DNA from: an uncultured SAR86 cluster bacterium
Lineage (GTDB): Bacteria; Pseudomonadota; Gammaproteobacteria; Magnimaribacterales; D2472
Length of the DNA stretch: 64,000 nt
NCBI GenBank assembly: GCA_902541245.1
Contig: CACBPT010000002.1
Span: 11,197 to 75,196, forward strand
Direction: 5' to 3'
In this document: positions 36,380 to 45,428 of the stretch, piece by piece
How the letters are laid out: the number at the start of each line of letters is the position of its first letter
Position numbering within the stretch: position 1 is the stretch's first letter
Made by a program: the position numbers and the translations under genes
The notes under the pieces: generated by a model
What the model saw: only the letters and a program-made list of their open reading frames with translations
What the model was told of the DNA's origin: nothing
Databases searched by the model: none

Positions 36380-38781
36380 GTTTAGAAGAATATAATCCCC
36401 AAAAATTAGAAAATCTCATTCAGGAATCATGGAAAAAGAAGGACTCTTATAAAGCCGACTTATCTAAAACTAAAGAAAAATTTTACTGCCTATCTATGTT
36501 TCCTTATCCATCTGGAAAATTGCATATGGGGCATGTAAGGAATTACACAATTGGAGATGTAATTTCAAGATTTAAAAGAATGCAAGGTTTCAATGTACTG
36601 CAACCAATGGGTTGGGATGCATTTGGTCTACCTGCAGAAAATGCAGCGATAGAGAATAAAGTTGATCCAAAAAGTTGGACTGAGCAAAATATCCAAAGTA
36701 TGAAAGCGCAATTAGAGAGATTGGGCTTAAGTTACGATTGGTCAAGAGAGGTTAAAACCTGCGATCCAAATTATTTTAAATGGGAACAGGAGATCTTTAC
36801 TAAATTACAAAAAAAAGGTCTTGTGTATAGAAAAAAATCTTTAGTTAACTGGGATCCAGTCGATGAAACTGTCTTAGCAAATGAGCAAGTAATTGATGGT
36901 AAAGGTTGGAGATCTGGAGCAACAGTAGAACTTAAAGAAATTGACCAATGGTTCCTAAGGATTACTGATTATGCTGATGAATTGTTGTCATCAATTGAAA
37001 ACTTAGACTGGCCTGAGAATGTAAAGTCAATGCAAAAGAATTGGATCGGTAAGTCATTTGGATCAGAAGTAAAATTTACTTTGCTTAGTAGCGATGAGTT
37101 AACTGCTTTTACAACAAGAATTGATACCATCTATGGCGTAACATTTATAGCTATTTCGCCAAATCATCCAATTGCTCAAAATCTTGCGAAAGATAATGCT
37201 GAGATCAATGAATTTATAAAAGAATGTAATGCAATAAAAATGGCTGAAGCAGATTTGACTAAAGCAGATAAACTGGGACTTAAAACAAGTTTAAAAGTAC
37301 GACATCCCTTCTCCGATAATAATCTTGATGTTTGGATTGCAAATTATGTCCTCATGGATTATGGGACAGGAGTGGTTATGGGTGTTCCAGCTCATGATGA
37401 AAGAGACTATGAATTTGCTAAAAAATATAACATTGAAATTAAGCAGGTCATTGAAAGTGATGAATTGCCATCGCCTATAAAAGGTAAACTTATTCACTCA
37501 GATATTTTTACCGGACAAGAATCAGATGAAGCGATTAAAAATATTAATGATTGCTTAGAAAAAAATGCTATCGGAAAAAGCATTGAAAATTTTAGATTAA
37601 GAGACTGGGGTGTAAGCAGGCAAAGGTTTTGGGGATGTCCCATACCTGTAGTTTTCGATAATGGTGAGCCTATTTTTTTAGAAAAAAAGGATCTTCCAGT
37701 GGAATTGCCAAAAATTAAAGATGGAGAAGCCCCTAAACCATTAAGTCAAAATAAAGATTTTTTTGATTTGGGGTCTGGAAAGACTCGTGAAGTTGATACA
37801 TTTGATACATTTGTAGACTCGTCATGGTACTACGCAAGATTTACTGCTGCAGATAATGATGAAAAAGCTCTTGACGAAAATTCAAAATATTGGCTGCCTG
37901 TTGACCTGTACATAGGTGGAATTGAACACGCAATTTTACATCTCTTATATTCAAGATTTTTCCATAAAGCAATGAGAGATATTGGTCTCGTGGAGGGTGA
38001 CGAGCCTTTTAAAAAACTTCTTACACAAGGCATGGTATTGAAGGATGGATTTAAAATGTCTAAGTCAAAAGGAAATACTGTAGATCCACAAAAGTTCATT
38101 GATAAATATGGAGCTGATACCATTAGGCTTTATATGATGTTTACATCTCCGCCCGAACAGTCTCTAGAGTGGTCAGATACTGCAATTGAAGGCTCATATA
38201 GATTTCTAAAACGACTTTGGGCTCTAATATCAGATAGAAAAATATTTTTAGAAAAACCACCAACCGATTTTTCAAAACTTGAGCTTAAACTTCGTCAAAA
38301 AAGTCATCAAACTTTAAAAAAAGTAACTAATGATTATGGAGAGCGAAACTCATTTAATACAGCAATAGCATCAATTATGGAGTTATTGAATGCGATACCT
38401 GATTCATTTAAATCAGATGATGCAAGTTCAGCAGAGGTATTTTGTTTGGACGAAGTTATTCAATTTACACTCAAAATGCTATCGCCAATCACTCCACACA
38501 TAAGTCTTTATTTATGGAAAAAATATACTGACTCTGACGGATACAATTTTGAGAATTCCTGGCCACAATATAATGACGATTTTCTAAAAGTCGAAGATTT
38601 TCAGTTAATAATTCAAGTAAATGGCAAGGTCAGAGGCAAAGAAATCATTTCAGTAGATGCTGACCAAACTTCAATAGAAAAGCTTTCAAAAGAGAATGAA
38701 AATGTTAAAAAAGTTCTAGCTAATCAACCTATAAAAAAGGTAATCTATGTTAAAGAGAAGCTAATTAATTTTGTAATATAA
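36376..38781 (+). CDS. leuS: Leucine--tRNA ligase
   Basis: MFPYPSGKLHMGH, GGIEHAILH and KMSKS. Confidence 0.98.
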   Translation: MSLEEYNPQKLENLIQESWKKKDSYKADLSKTKEKFYCLSMFPYPSGKLHMGHVRNYTIGDVISRFKRMQGFNVLQPMGWDAFGLPAENAAIENKVDPKSWTEQNIQSMKAQLERLGLSYDWSREVKTCDPNYFKWEQEIFTKLQKKGLVYRKKSLVNWDPVDETVLANEQVIDGKGWRSGATVELKEIDQWFLRITDYADELLSSIENLDWPENVKSMQKNWIGKSFGSEVKFTLLSSDELTAFTTRIDTIYGVTFIAISPNHPIAQNLAKDNAEINEFIKECNAIKMAEADLTKADKLGLKTSLKVRHPFSDNNLDVWIANYVLMDYGTGVVMGVPAHDERDYEFAKKYNIEIKQVIESDELPSPIKGKLIHSDIFTGQESDEAIKNINDCLEKNAIGKSIENFRLRDWGVSRQRFWGCPIPVVFDNGEPIFLEKKDLPVELPKIKDGEAPKPLSQNKDFFDLGSGKTREVDTFDTFVDSSWYYARFTAADNDEKALDENSKYWLPVDLYIGGIEHAILHLLYSRFFHKAMRDIGLVEGDEPFKKLLTQGMVLKDGFKMSKSKGNTVDPQKFIDKYGADTIRLYMMFTSPPEQSLEWSDTAIEGSYRFLKRLWALISDRKIFLEKPPTDFSKLELKLRQKSHQTLKKVTNDYGERNSFNTAIASIMELLNAIPDSFKSDDASSAEVFCLDEVIQFTLKMLSPITPHISLYLWKKYTDSDGYNFENSWPQYNDDFLKVEDFQLIIQVNGKVRGKEIISVDADQTSIEKLSKENENVKKVLANQPIKKVIYVKEKLINFVI

Positions 38782-39906
38782 ATGAACTACATAACACCAT
38801 TCGATGACTACCCAATCCATCAGGCAGTAGAGCCAATTACGATTCCTGGCTCGACTGATAGAAATTTCTATGACAGGTATTTCTTTAATGGTATGGATCC
38901 TGAAAATGAATACATCTTTGAAATAGGTATAGCCCTTTATCCTAATAGGCATGTTATGGATGCCCACTTCAGCATCTCTTATAAGGGTAAGCAGTATTCA
39001 TTTCATGCAAGTCAACGCCTAGAAAAAAACAGACTGCCTATAAATATTGGTCCGATGTGCCTAACAATTGACGAACCAATGAATGAGTTAACATTCTCAT
39101 TAAAAGATCCTGATAACAAGTTAAATTGTAATCTCAAATTTTCAGCTAACTCTATTGCGCATCAAGAACCTAGATCTCTATTAATGGAGGGCACTAGAAC
39201 AATTATGAATACAATAAGGTTTACACAGCTTGGAAAATGGACGGGTGAAATATCAACTGAAGCTGGATTGGTAAAACCTATGGCGGTTTATGGCACAAGG
39301 GACAGATCATGGGGTGTCAGACCAGTAGGAGAACCTGAAGGCGGTGCTCCAGGTATGCTGAATCAAGAACCAGGAGTTTACTGGTGTTGGGCTCCTATCC
39401 ATTTTGATAAGTTTTGCACTCAATTTGGCACATTTCAGGACCAAAATGGAAATACAACTCAAATTTCTGGGCACAAATTACCCCTATATGATGATATGTC
39501 CTCTGCCCCCACTGATATTGAAATCGAGACAATGCACTCCCTTCATCATTCCGTAAACTGGAAAAAGGGTACCCGATGGGCTACTGGCGCAAAAATATCT
39601 GGCATGCTTAAGGATAATAAAAAATTTGAAATAGAGTTAGAGACTATGGGTCCAATATTTTTCTGTAAAGGAATTGGTTATCAGCATGATGAATGGAAAC
39701 ATGGTATTTGGAAAGGAGAAAGTGAAACAGGATATGAAGTATGGGACTTATCTAATATTGATCCAGGTGATTACACTTTTTTCCATACTCATCAAATTGC
39801 AAAAGCAACACTAGGCTCTGAAAAAGGTATCGGAATACTTGAAAACTTAGTTGTTGGAAGACATGATCCATCTGGCTTTGAAGACTTCTTTGATGGGGCA
39901 AAATAA
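38782..39906 (+). CDS. Uncharacterised beta-rich protein (RDRSWG motif; tocopherol-cyclase/AttH-like fold suspected)
   Basis: 374-aa ORF directly abutting leuS; DDYPIHQ, NFYDRYFF and GTRDRSWGVRP. Function not assignable. Confidence 0.75.
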   Translation: MNYITPFDDYPIHQAVEPITIPGSTDRNFYDRYFFNGMDPENEYIFEIGIALYPNRHVMDAHFSISYKGKQYSFHASQRLEKNRLPINIGPMCLTIDEPMNELTFSLKDPDNKLNCNLKFSANSIAHQEPRSLLMEGTRTIMNTIRFTQLGKWTGEISTEAGLVKPMAVYGTRDRSWGVRPVGEPEGGAPGMLNQEPGVYWCWAPIHFDKFCTQFGTFQDQNGNTTQISGHKLPLYDDMSSAPTDIEIETMHSLHHSVNWKKGTRWATGAKISGMLKDNKKFEIELETMGPIFFCKGIGYQHDEWKHGIWKGESETGYEVWDLSNIDPGDYTFFHTHQIAKATLGSEKGIGILENLVVGRHDPSGFEDFFDGAK

Positions 39907-40357
39907 ATTTAAAAAGTATTTCTCAATACTTATTTGTTTTTTATTGATCACAAATTGCCAATATCAGTGGGTTGAAAAAAAACATATAGAATTAGAAAAA
40001 ATTAGCTTTGGGTCTAGTATTAAAGACTCCTTTAAGAACAAAACAGTAAGATATTTTTCTGCTGGCGCATCTAAGGATAATATGAGTCTGAAAATCTTAG
40101 ATATTAACTTTAGGAAGAAAAATTTCTACGGAGGAATTGCGGCAAGAGCAAAACAAATAGAAGTTATTGGTGAATTAGAATATATTTTTTTAAATTCAAC
40201 TCATAGTAAAAGTGGTATTCTTCAAATATCTGGTTGGATACCAGTTAATGAATCTAATCCGCAGTCAGAATTGATGGCGCAAAAAATAATAATTGAGGAA
40301 TTGGAATTTTCTTTACTAGAAAAGCTTGTACAGGAATATTGGTTAATTGAAAGTTAG
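39893..40357 (+). CDS. Divergent LptE-like lipoprotein; start revised to MGQNKFKKY
   Basis: Lipoprotein-like signal (LLITNC), about 154 aa, located before holA in the leuS-lptE-holA slot. Sequence similarity is weak by eye. Confidence 0.6.
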   Translation: MGQNKFKKYFSILICFLLITNCQYQWVEKKHIELEKISFGSSIKDSFKNKTVRYFSAGASKDNMSLKILDINFRKKNFYGGIAARAKQIEVIGELEYIFLNSTHSKSGILQISGWIPVNESNPQSELMAQKIIIEELEFSLLEKLVQEYWLIES

Positions 40358-41345
40358 TTTTATAAATTTTTTAGATCCTAAAGATCATAAATATTTCCTT
40401 TTAACTGGCGGCGAACATGTTTTAAAGCAAAATGCTGTTAAAAAGATATTAGAAAACTTAAAAATCAAAGGGTTCAGCGAGAAAGTCTCTATCTCTCAAG
40501 ATGAACTCGATTCAATTCAAGAAATAACTTCAAGAAATATGGGTGGCTCTCTTTTTCAAGAAAATCTTATCATTCACATAAAGCATACTTCGGGGAAATT
40601 TCCAGAAAAAATTAAGTCGTTTATTGAAGACGGGCATATTTTTAAATCTTCTAACATTGCATTAATTATTGAATCAAGTATTGAGAAAACCCCAGTAAAT
40701 GGAATATGGATAAAAAATTTTGATTCCTTTGGCCTTATTATTAATTGCAGCAAATTAAAAGTTATGGAAGAAAAAATTTGGCTTAAACGACAGTTAGACT
40801 TTTTGCCTAAAAACTTACTTCCAATATTTGGAGCTTCAATTTTTCAAAACAATGAGGCAAATCTTTTAGGCCAAAAAAATGAAGTAGCACTACTGAAACT
40901 ATTATTTTTGAGTAAAGATTCTATTAATGAGTCAAAAACAGATCATATTATCTTTGGATCTGGCATTAGTGCATTTGAACTTGAAGATTTATTAATTCAA
41001 AGAAATTTTAAAAAAGTTCTCAAAACAATTAGTTTTATGCGAGAGCAAGATCGTCAGAGCTCTGCTCCAATTATTTGGATAATTTCAAAGGTTATAAACT
41101 CTTGCTTAGAGTCATTAAAAGCAAAAGATAAAAAATCTGCATTAATTAAGAGTGGAGTTTGGTCATCTAAAATTAGTCTTTATTTGGATTTAGTAAAGCG
41201 AGCTAAGACAAAGGAGTTTTTAAAGCTAAATGAAGAAATACTAAAAATTGATTTAATTAACAAAGGTCTTGTAAAGGCAAATACCTGGGAGCAAATAGAT
41301 GGCTTAGTTCTTAAGCTTCAAGATGCGACTGCATTGCAGACTTAA
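40347..41345 (+). CDS. holA: DNA polymerase III delta subunit (divergent)
   Basis: FLLTGGE, GSLF, QNNEANLL and IDxxxKG; size and synteny fit. Confidence 0.8.
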   Translation: MKVSFINFLDPKDHKYFLLTGGEHVLKQNAVKKILENLKIKGFSEKVSISQDELDSIQEITSRNMGGSLFQENLIIHIKHTSGKFPEKIKSFIEDGHIFKSSNIALIIESSIEKTPVNGIWIKNFDSFGLIINCSKLKVMEEKIWLKRQLDFLPKNLLPIFGASIFQNNEANLLGQKNEVALLKLLFLSKDSINESKTDHIIFGSGISAFELEDLLIQRNFKKVLKTISFMREQDRQSSAPIIWIISKVINSCLESLKAKDKKSALIKSGVWSSKISLYLDLVKRAKTKEFLKLNEEILKIDLINKGLVKANTWEQIDGLVLKLQDATALQT

Positions 41346-42153
41346 AATATTCTGAAATTTCTATATACCCCTCATAATTCTCTTGTAACTCATAATCAGT
41401 ACCGATTAAATTAGTTATCGGTAAAAGGCCTTTTGTAGAGCTTGTTAACCATATGCAAGGTGAAGTATTAAAATCTTTGATATCGCATTTGCCTTCTTGC
41501 ACAAAATATGAAGTGCCTTCGAGTGCCGAAATTAAGATCTGCCTAGTTATTCCTGGCAAAATATTTTCAGATAGTGCTGATGTTCTTACTACTCCCGAAG
41601 AATCAAAATAAAAAACATTACTTGCACCTGCTTCAGTCATAAAACCATCTCGATGCATTACAACTTCTTGGCAGCCTAGAGATTTTGCCTTGTTCATAGA
41701 TAAAACGTTCCCAAGCAACGAAGTTGATTTGATGTTACATTTTCTCCATCGGTCATCATTGCACAACATAGCACTTATTGGAGAAGAGGAAGGAGTAGAT
41801 GGCATTGCATAACCAAACCTTTCTATTTCAAGATCATCTTGGTAAAGATGGGACCTAATAGCATCAATGCCTCTAGAAATTTGATAATAAATATAACCAT
41901 CTTGATCAACTAAGGCAGATTCAAGTTGTTCAATATCATGACGTACGCTCTTAAAATCAACAATCATATTCATTTGATTAACGCTTTCGATCATGCGATC
42001 AAAATGCTCTTTAAAGCACAATGGTTTTCCTAAAAAATACGGAATTACCTCATAGATACTATCTGAAAACGTATAAGCTCGAGAAAGAGGTGACACCCTG
42101 ATATCATCAAGTGTGCTTAATTTACCTTGATATATTGCAGAGATATCTATCAT
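41311..42153 (-). CDS. Class IV PLP aminotransferase, probably D-amino-acid transaminase
   Basis: RAYTFSDSIYEVI, YYQISRG, IKSTSLLGNVL, TEAGASNVF and ILPGITR; coupled to dacA. Confidence 0.82.
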   Translation of the reverse strand: MIDISAIYQGKLSTLDDIRVSPLSRAYTFSDSIYEVIPYFLGKPLCFKEHFDRMIESVNQMNMIVDFKSVRHDIEQLESALVDQDGYIYYQISRGIDAIRSHLYQDDLEIERFGYAMPSTPSSSPISAMLCNDDRWRKCNIKSTSLLGNVLSMNKAKSLGCQEVVMHRDGFMTEAGASNVFYFDSSGVVRTSALSENILPGITRQILISALEGTSYFVQEGKCDIKDFNTSPCIWLTSSTKGLLPITNLIGTDYELQENYEGYIEISEYFKSAMQSHLEA

Positions 42154-43301
42154 TTACCCAAAGAAAATAAGCTCATGACCCAGAAGACAATTCGAGCCCA
42201 AATTCTTCCAAAGAAACCTTTTGCTTCGACAGACTCTATTGCAATCAGTGGTGCTGATAGCACTAATTGGTCGTTAGAAATAAATTCAATACTACCAATT
42301 ACATCGCCTTCAGATATGGGAGCTTGAAGATTGTTATTAAAATTATAATTTGCTTTCAAATTTTTAAAAGCAGATCTAGGTAAAGTTAACAAAATGTCCT
42401 CCTTAGCTCCAAGAGGCACTTTATCCAACTTACCGCCCCATACTTTTGCAGAGGTGACCTCAGTATCTTTTGTAACTAGTTTTTGGGTAGCAAAAAATCT
42501 AAATCCATACTCAAGAAGTCTTTGAGATGCAGTTAGCCTTTCGTTTTCTGAGGGGCTTCCAGCTACCACTGCAATTAATCTCATATCGTTTCTCTTTGCA
42601 GATGAGATTAAACAATATCCAGCTGAATCAGTATGTCCTGTTTTAACTCCATCTACTGTTTCATCTCTCCATAGAAGCTTGTTTCTATTGAGCTGTCTTA
42701 TGCCGCTAAATGTGAATTCTTTTTCTTTGTATATTGCATAGTGATCAGGAAACTTATTAATCATTGCTTTTGTGATATTTGCTAAATCTTTTGCAGATGA
42801 AAAATGATCTGGATCTGTCCAACCAACAGCATTTTGAAACAAAGTATTGCTTAAACCTAATTCAGAAGCATAGGCATTCATAAAATCGACAAATCCTTCT
42901 TCTGAGCCAGCTACATACTCAGCCATTGCGACAGTAGCGTCATTTCCGGACTGAATAACTATTCCAGATAATAGGTCTCGAACTGAAATCCTTTTCCCAG
43001 CCTCAATAAACATTTTAGATCCACCAGTTTTCCATGCCTTTTCACTGATCAAAACTTTGTCATCTAAACTAATTGCACCAGAAGCAATTTGATCAGCTAT
43101 AACATATCCAGTCATTACCTTTGTCATGCTTGCTGGAGAAATATGATTATCAGCATTGAATTCTGCTATAACAGTATCGGTGCTTGCCTCAATCAATATG
43201 TAACTATCTAAATTTAATTTAGGTGCTTTCGGAACCATCGATTGAGCAAGAATGTCAATACAAAATAAGGCAAAAAGGAAAATATAAAATATTTTTTTCA
43301 T
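42150..43301 (-). CDS. dacA: D-alanyl-D-alanine carboxypeptidase (PBP5/6); start revised to MKKIFYI
   Basis: SMTK, SGN and KTG motifs plus the C-terminal PBP5 domain. Confidence 0.92.
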   Translation of the reverse strand: MKKIFYIFLFALFCIDILAQSMVPKAPKLNLDSYILIEASTDTVIAEFNADNHISPASMTKVMTGYVIADQIASGAISLDDKVLISEKAWKTGGSKMFIEAGKRISVRDLLSGIVIQSGNDATVAMAEYVAGSEEGFVDFMNAYASELGLSNTLFQNAVGWTDPDHFSSAKDLANITKAMINKFPDHYAIYKEKEFTFSGIRQLNRNKLLWRDETVDGVKTGHTDSAGYCLISSAKRNDMRLIAVVAGSPSENERLTASQRLLEYGFRFFATQKLVTKDTEVTSAKVWGGKLDKVPLGAKEDILLTLPRSAFKNLKANYNFNNNLQAPISEGDVIGSIEFISNDQLVLSAPLIAIESVEAKGFFGRIWARIVFWVMSLFSLGK

Positions 43302-43311
43302 TATATTGATA

Positions 43312-44343
43312 TTACTTAAATTCGATGGATAAATCATACACGGCTTTTGCATAAAAATGACTACGATTATATTTGGTAATAGCAATAAAATTTTCGTCTC
43401 CAATAAAATATTTATCTCTTGGCTTGCTTAAAAAGATTTTTTGTCCAGCTTTAATAAGATTTTTATCTTTAATATCGTTCATGTTCATTAAATTTTGTAA
43501 TTCAAGATTATTTTCTATTGCAATTGATAATAAGCTATCGCCCTCTTTAATGATATATTCCTCTTTGAAGCCTTCTGTATATTGAAGAGGAATAAATTTA
43601 TTGAAATTACTTGGAAGTTCATAAATCTTACTAACATTGTTTAATTGGACTTTTTTTACTATTACACCGTCTCTTTTCCAGCCATGTTTTTTTAAATAAT
43701 TAGCAATGCTGGCAACAGCATCTGGCACAGAATTAAATAAATCAGCATATCCATCTCCGTCATAATCTATTGCATAGGCTCGATAACTAGAGGAAATAAA
43801 TTGTCCATATCCCATAGCACCAGCATATGATCCTTGAACTGAGTTAATATCTAAATTATTCTCTCTAGATAAAACGAAGAAGTGAATAAGTTCACTCTTA
43901 AAGAATTTTGATCTTCTCGGAAAATCAAAACCAAGGGTTGTTAAACTATCAAGTACTCTGTAGCTACCTTTAATTTTTCCATATCTAGTCTCAACTCCTA
44001 ATATGGAAGTAATAATTTCTCTTGGTACTCCAAAATCTTCTTCAACCCTATCAAAAAGAGATGCATTTTCTTTAATAAATTTTTTACCATTAATAATTCT
44101 TTTCTCTTCTATAAAAAGTTTTCTATACCTATCCCAAGTCCAAGTAAATTCTGCTGGGGATGACATTGATTGCAGAATCATCTCATGTTTTTTAGCAGAT
44201 TCGAGAACCTGAATTACATAACTTTTTTCAAACCCATGATCACGAACAAGAGTTTCAATAACCTCTTTAGCTTCTGGATGCTCGGAGTAGTCAGCAGAAA
44301 TATTATTTGATAAAAAAAATAAAATTATAATTAGAATTTTCAT
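43312..44343 (-). CDS. mltB: Lytic murein transglycosylase B with an internal LysM domain
   Basis: GVETRYG, GSYAGAMGYGQF, EF-hand DYDGDG and ITKYNRS; LysM at aa 262-305. Confidence 0.9.
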   Translation of the reverse strand: MKILIIILFFLSNNISADYSEHPEAKEVIETLVRDHGFEKSYVIQVLESAKKHEMILQSMSSPAEFTWTWDRYRKLFIEEKRIINGKKFIKENASLFDRVEEDFGVPREIITSILGVETRYGKIKGSYRVLDSLTTLGFDFPRRSKFFKSELIHFFVLSRENNLDINSVQGSYAGAMGYGQFISSSYRAYAIDYDGDGYADLFNSVPDAVASIANYLKKHGWKRDGVIVKKVQLNNVSKIYELPSNFNKFIPLQYTEGFKEEYIIKEGDSLLSIAIENNLELQNLMNMNDIKDKNLIKAGQKIFLSKPRDKYFIGDENFIAITKYNRSHFYAKAVYDLSIEFK

Positions 44344-45428
44344 TGAGGTAAAAATTTTTTATGAGTACTCATTGATATAATTATGCCAAAAGCAAAAAAT
44401 AATGATATTAAAGATGACCCACCTTTACTAATAAAAGGAAGAGGCATGCCTACAACTGGAAGGAGTCCTACGACCATGCATAAATTTATAATTAAATTTG
44501 CGGCAAAAGTCAGAGTTATCCCGCCAATTACCAATCTACAAAATCTATCCCTAGCATTTAATGCTAAATAAAAACACCTTAACAAAATAAATAGATAAAT
44601 ACTCAGTAAGAATAAAACTCCAATAAATCCAAACTCCTCTGCAATAACAGAAAAAATGAAATCAGTTTCTGTTTCTGGAAGAAAATTTAATTGTGTTTGA
44701 GAACCCTCCCTGAAACCTTTTCCAAAAAAGCCACCTGAGCCTATTGCGACTTTGGATTGAATTATATTCCAGCTTGCGCCAAATGGATCTATATCTTGAT
44801 TAAAGAATGTTGCAATTCTTTGTCTTTGGAAAGGTTGCAATAGAATATTCCAGATAAAAGGTGAGCTTAAAATTAATAAGACAAATGACCCTCCTATAAA
44901 ACTCCAACTTAAGCCAGAAAGAAAAAGCACAAAGAATCCTGAGCAAGCAATAATTATTGCAGTTCCAAGATCTGGCTGGCTAAATACAACAAAAAAACAG
45001 CTCAAAATAATTAATAAACTTATAAATATTTCTTTTCTTTGTATTGGAAGTTTTTTGTTAAATAAGAAATTAGCTAAAAAAATTGGTACTGCTAGCTTCA
45101 ATAGTTCTGAAGATTGAAAAGAAAAAGGTCCAACCCTTACCCATCTCTGTGCTCCATTAATTTCGGGACCAAAAAGATATGTAACTCCTAACAGCAAAAA
45201 TGAAAAAATAAGGAACAATCCTGAGGTTCTTCTATAAATATCAGGATCAGGCTGACTAACCAAAGTCATAATTATTAACCCAAAAACAACATAAAAAAAT
45301 TGCTTTAAAAGAATGCTGAAATCTGCATTTGAGGCAGAAAATAGAAAAAAAAGTCCAAGTGTTGAGAGCAAAAGAAGGCTAAAAAATAAATATGGATCAA
45401 AGTATATTTTTTGCAATTGTTTAATCAT
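44340..45428 (-). CDS. rodA: Rod shape-determining protein RodA
   Basis: GAQRW, QPDLGT, QSKVAIGSGG, TDFIF and PFISKGGSS; follows mrdA. Confidence 0.94.
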   Translation of the reverse strand: MIKQLQKIYFDPYLFFSLLLLSTLGLFFLFSASNADFSILLKQFFYVVFGLIIMTLVSQPDPDIYRRTSGLFLIFSFLLLGVTYLFGPEINGAQRWVRVGPFSFQSSELLKLAVPIFLANFLFNKKLPIQRKEIFISLLIILSCFFVVFSQPDLGTAIIIACSGFFVLFLSGLSWSFIGGSFVLLILSSPFIWNILLQPFQRQRIATFFNQDIDPFGASWNIIQSKVAIGSGGFFGKGFREGSQTQLNFLPETETDFIFSVIAEEFGFIGVLFLLSIYLFILLRCFYLALNARDRFCRLVIGGITLTFAANLIINLCMVVGLLPVVGMPLPFISKGGSSLISLFFAFGIIISMSTHKKFLPQ

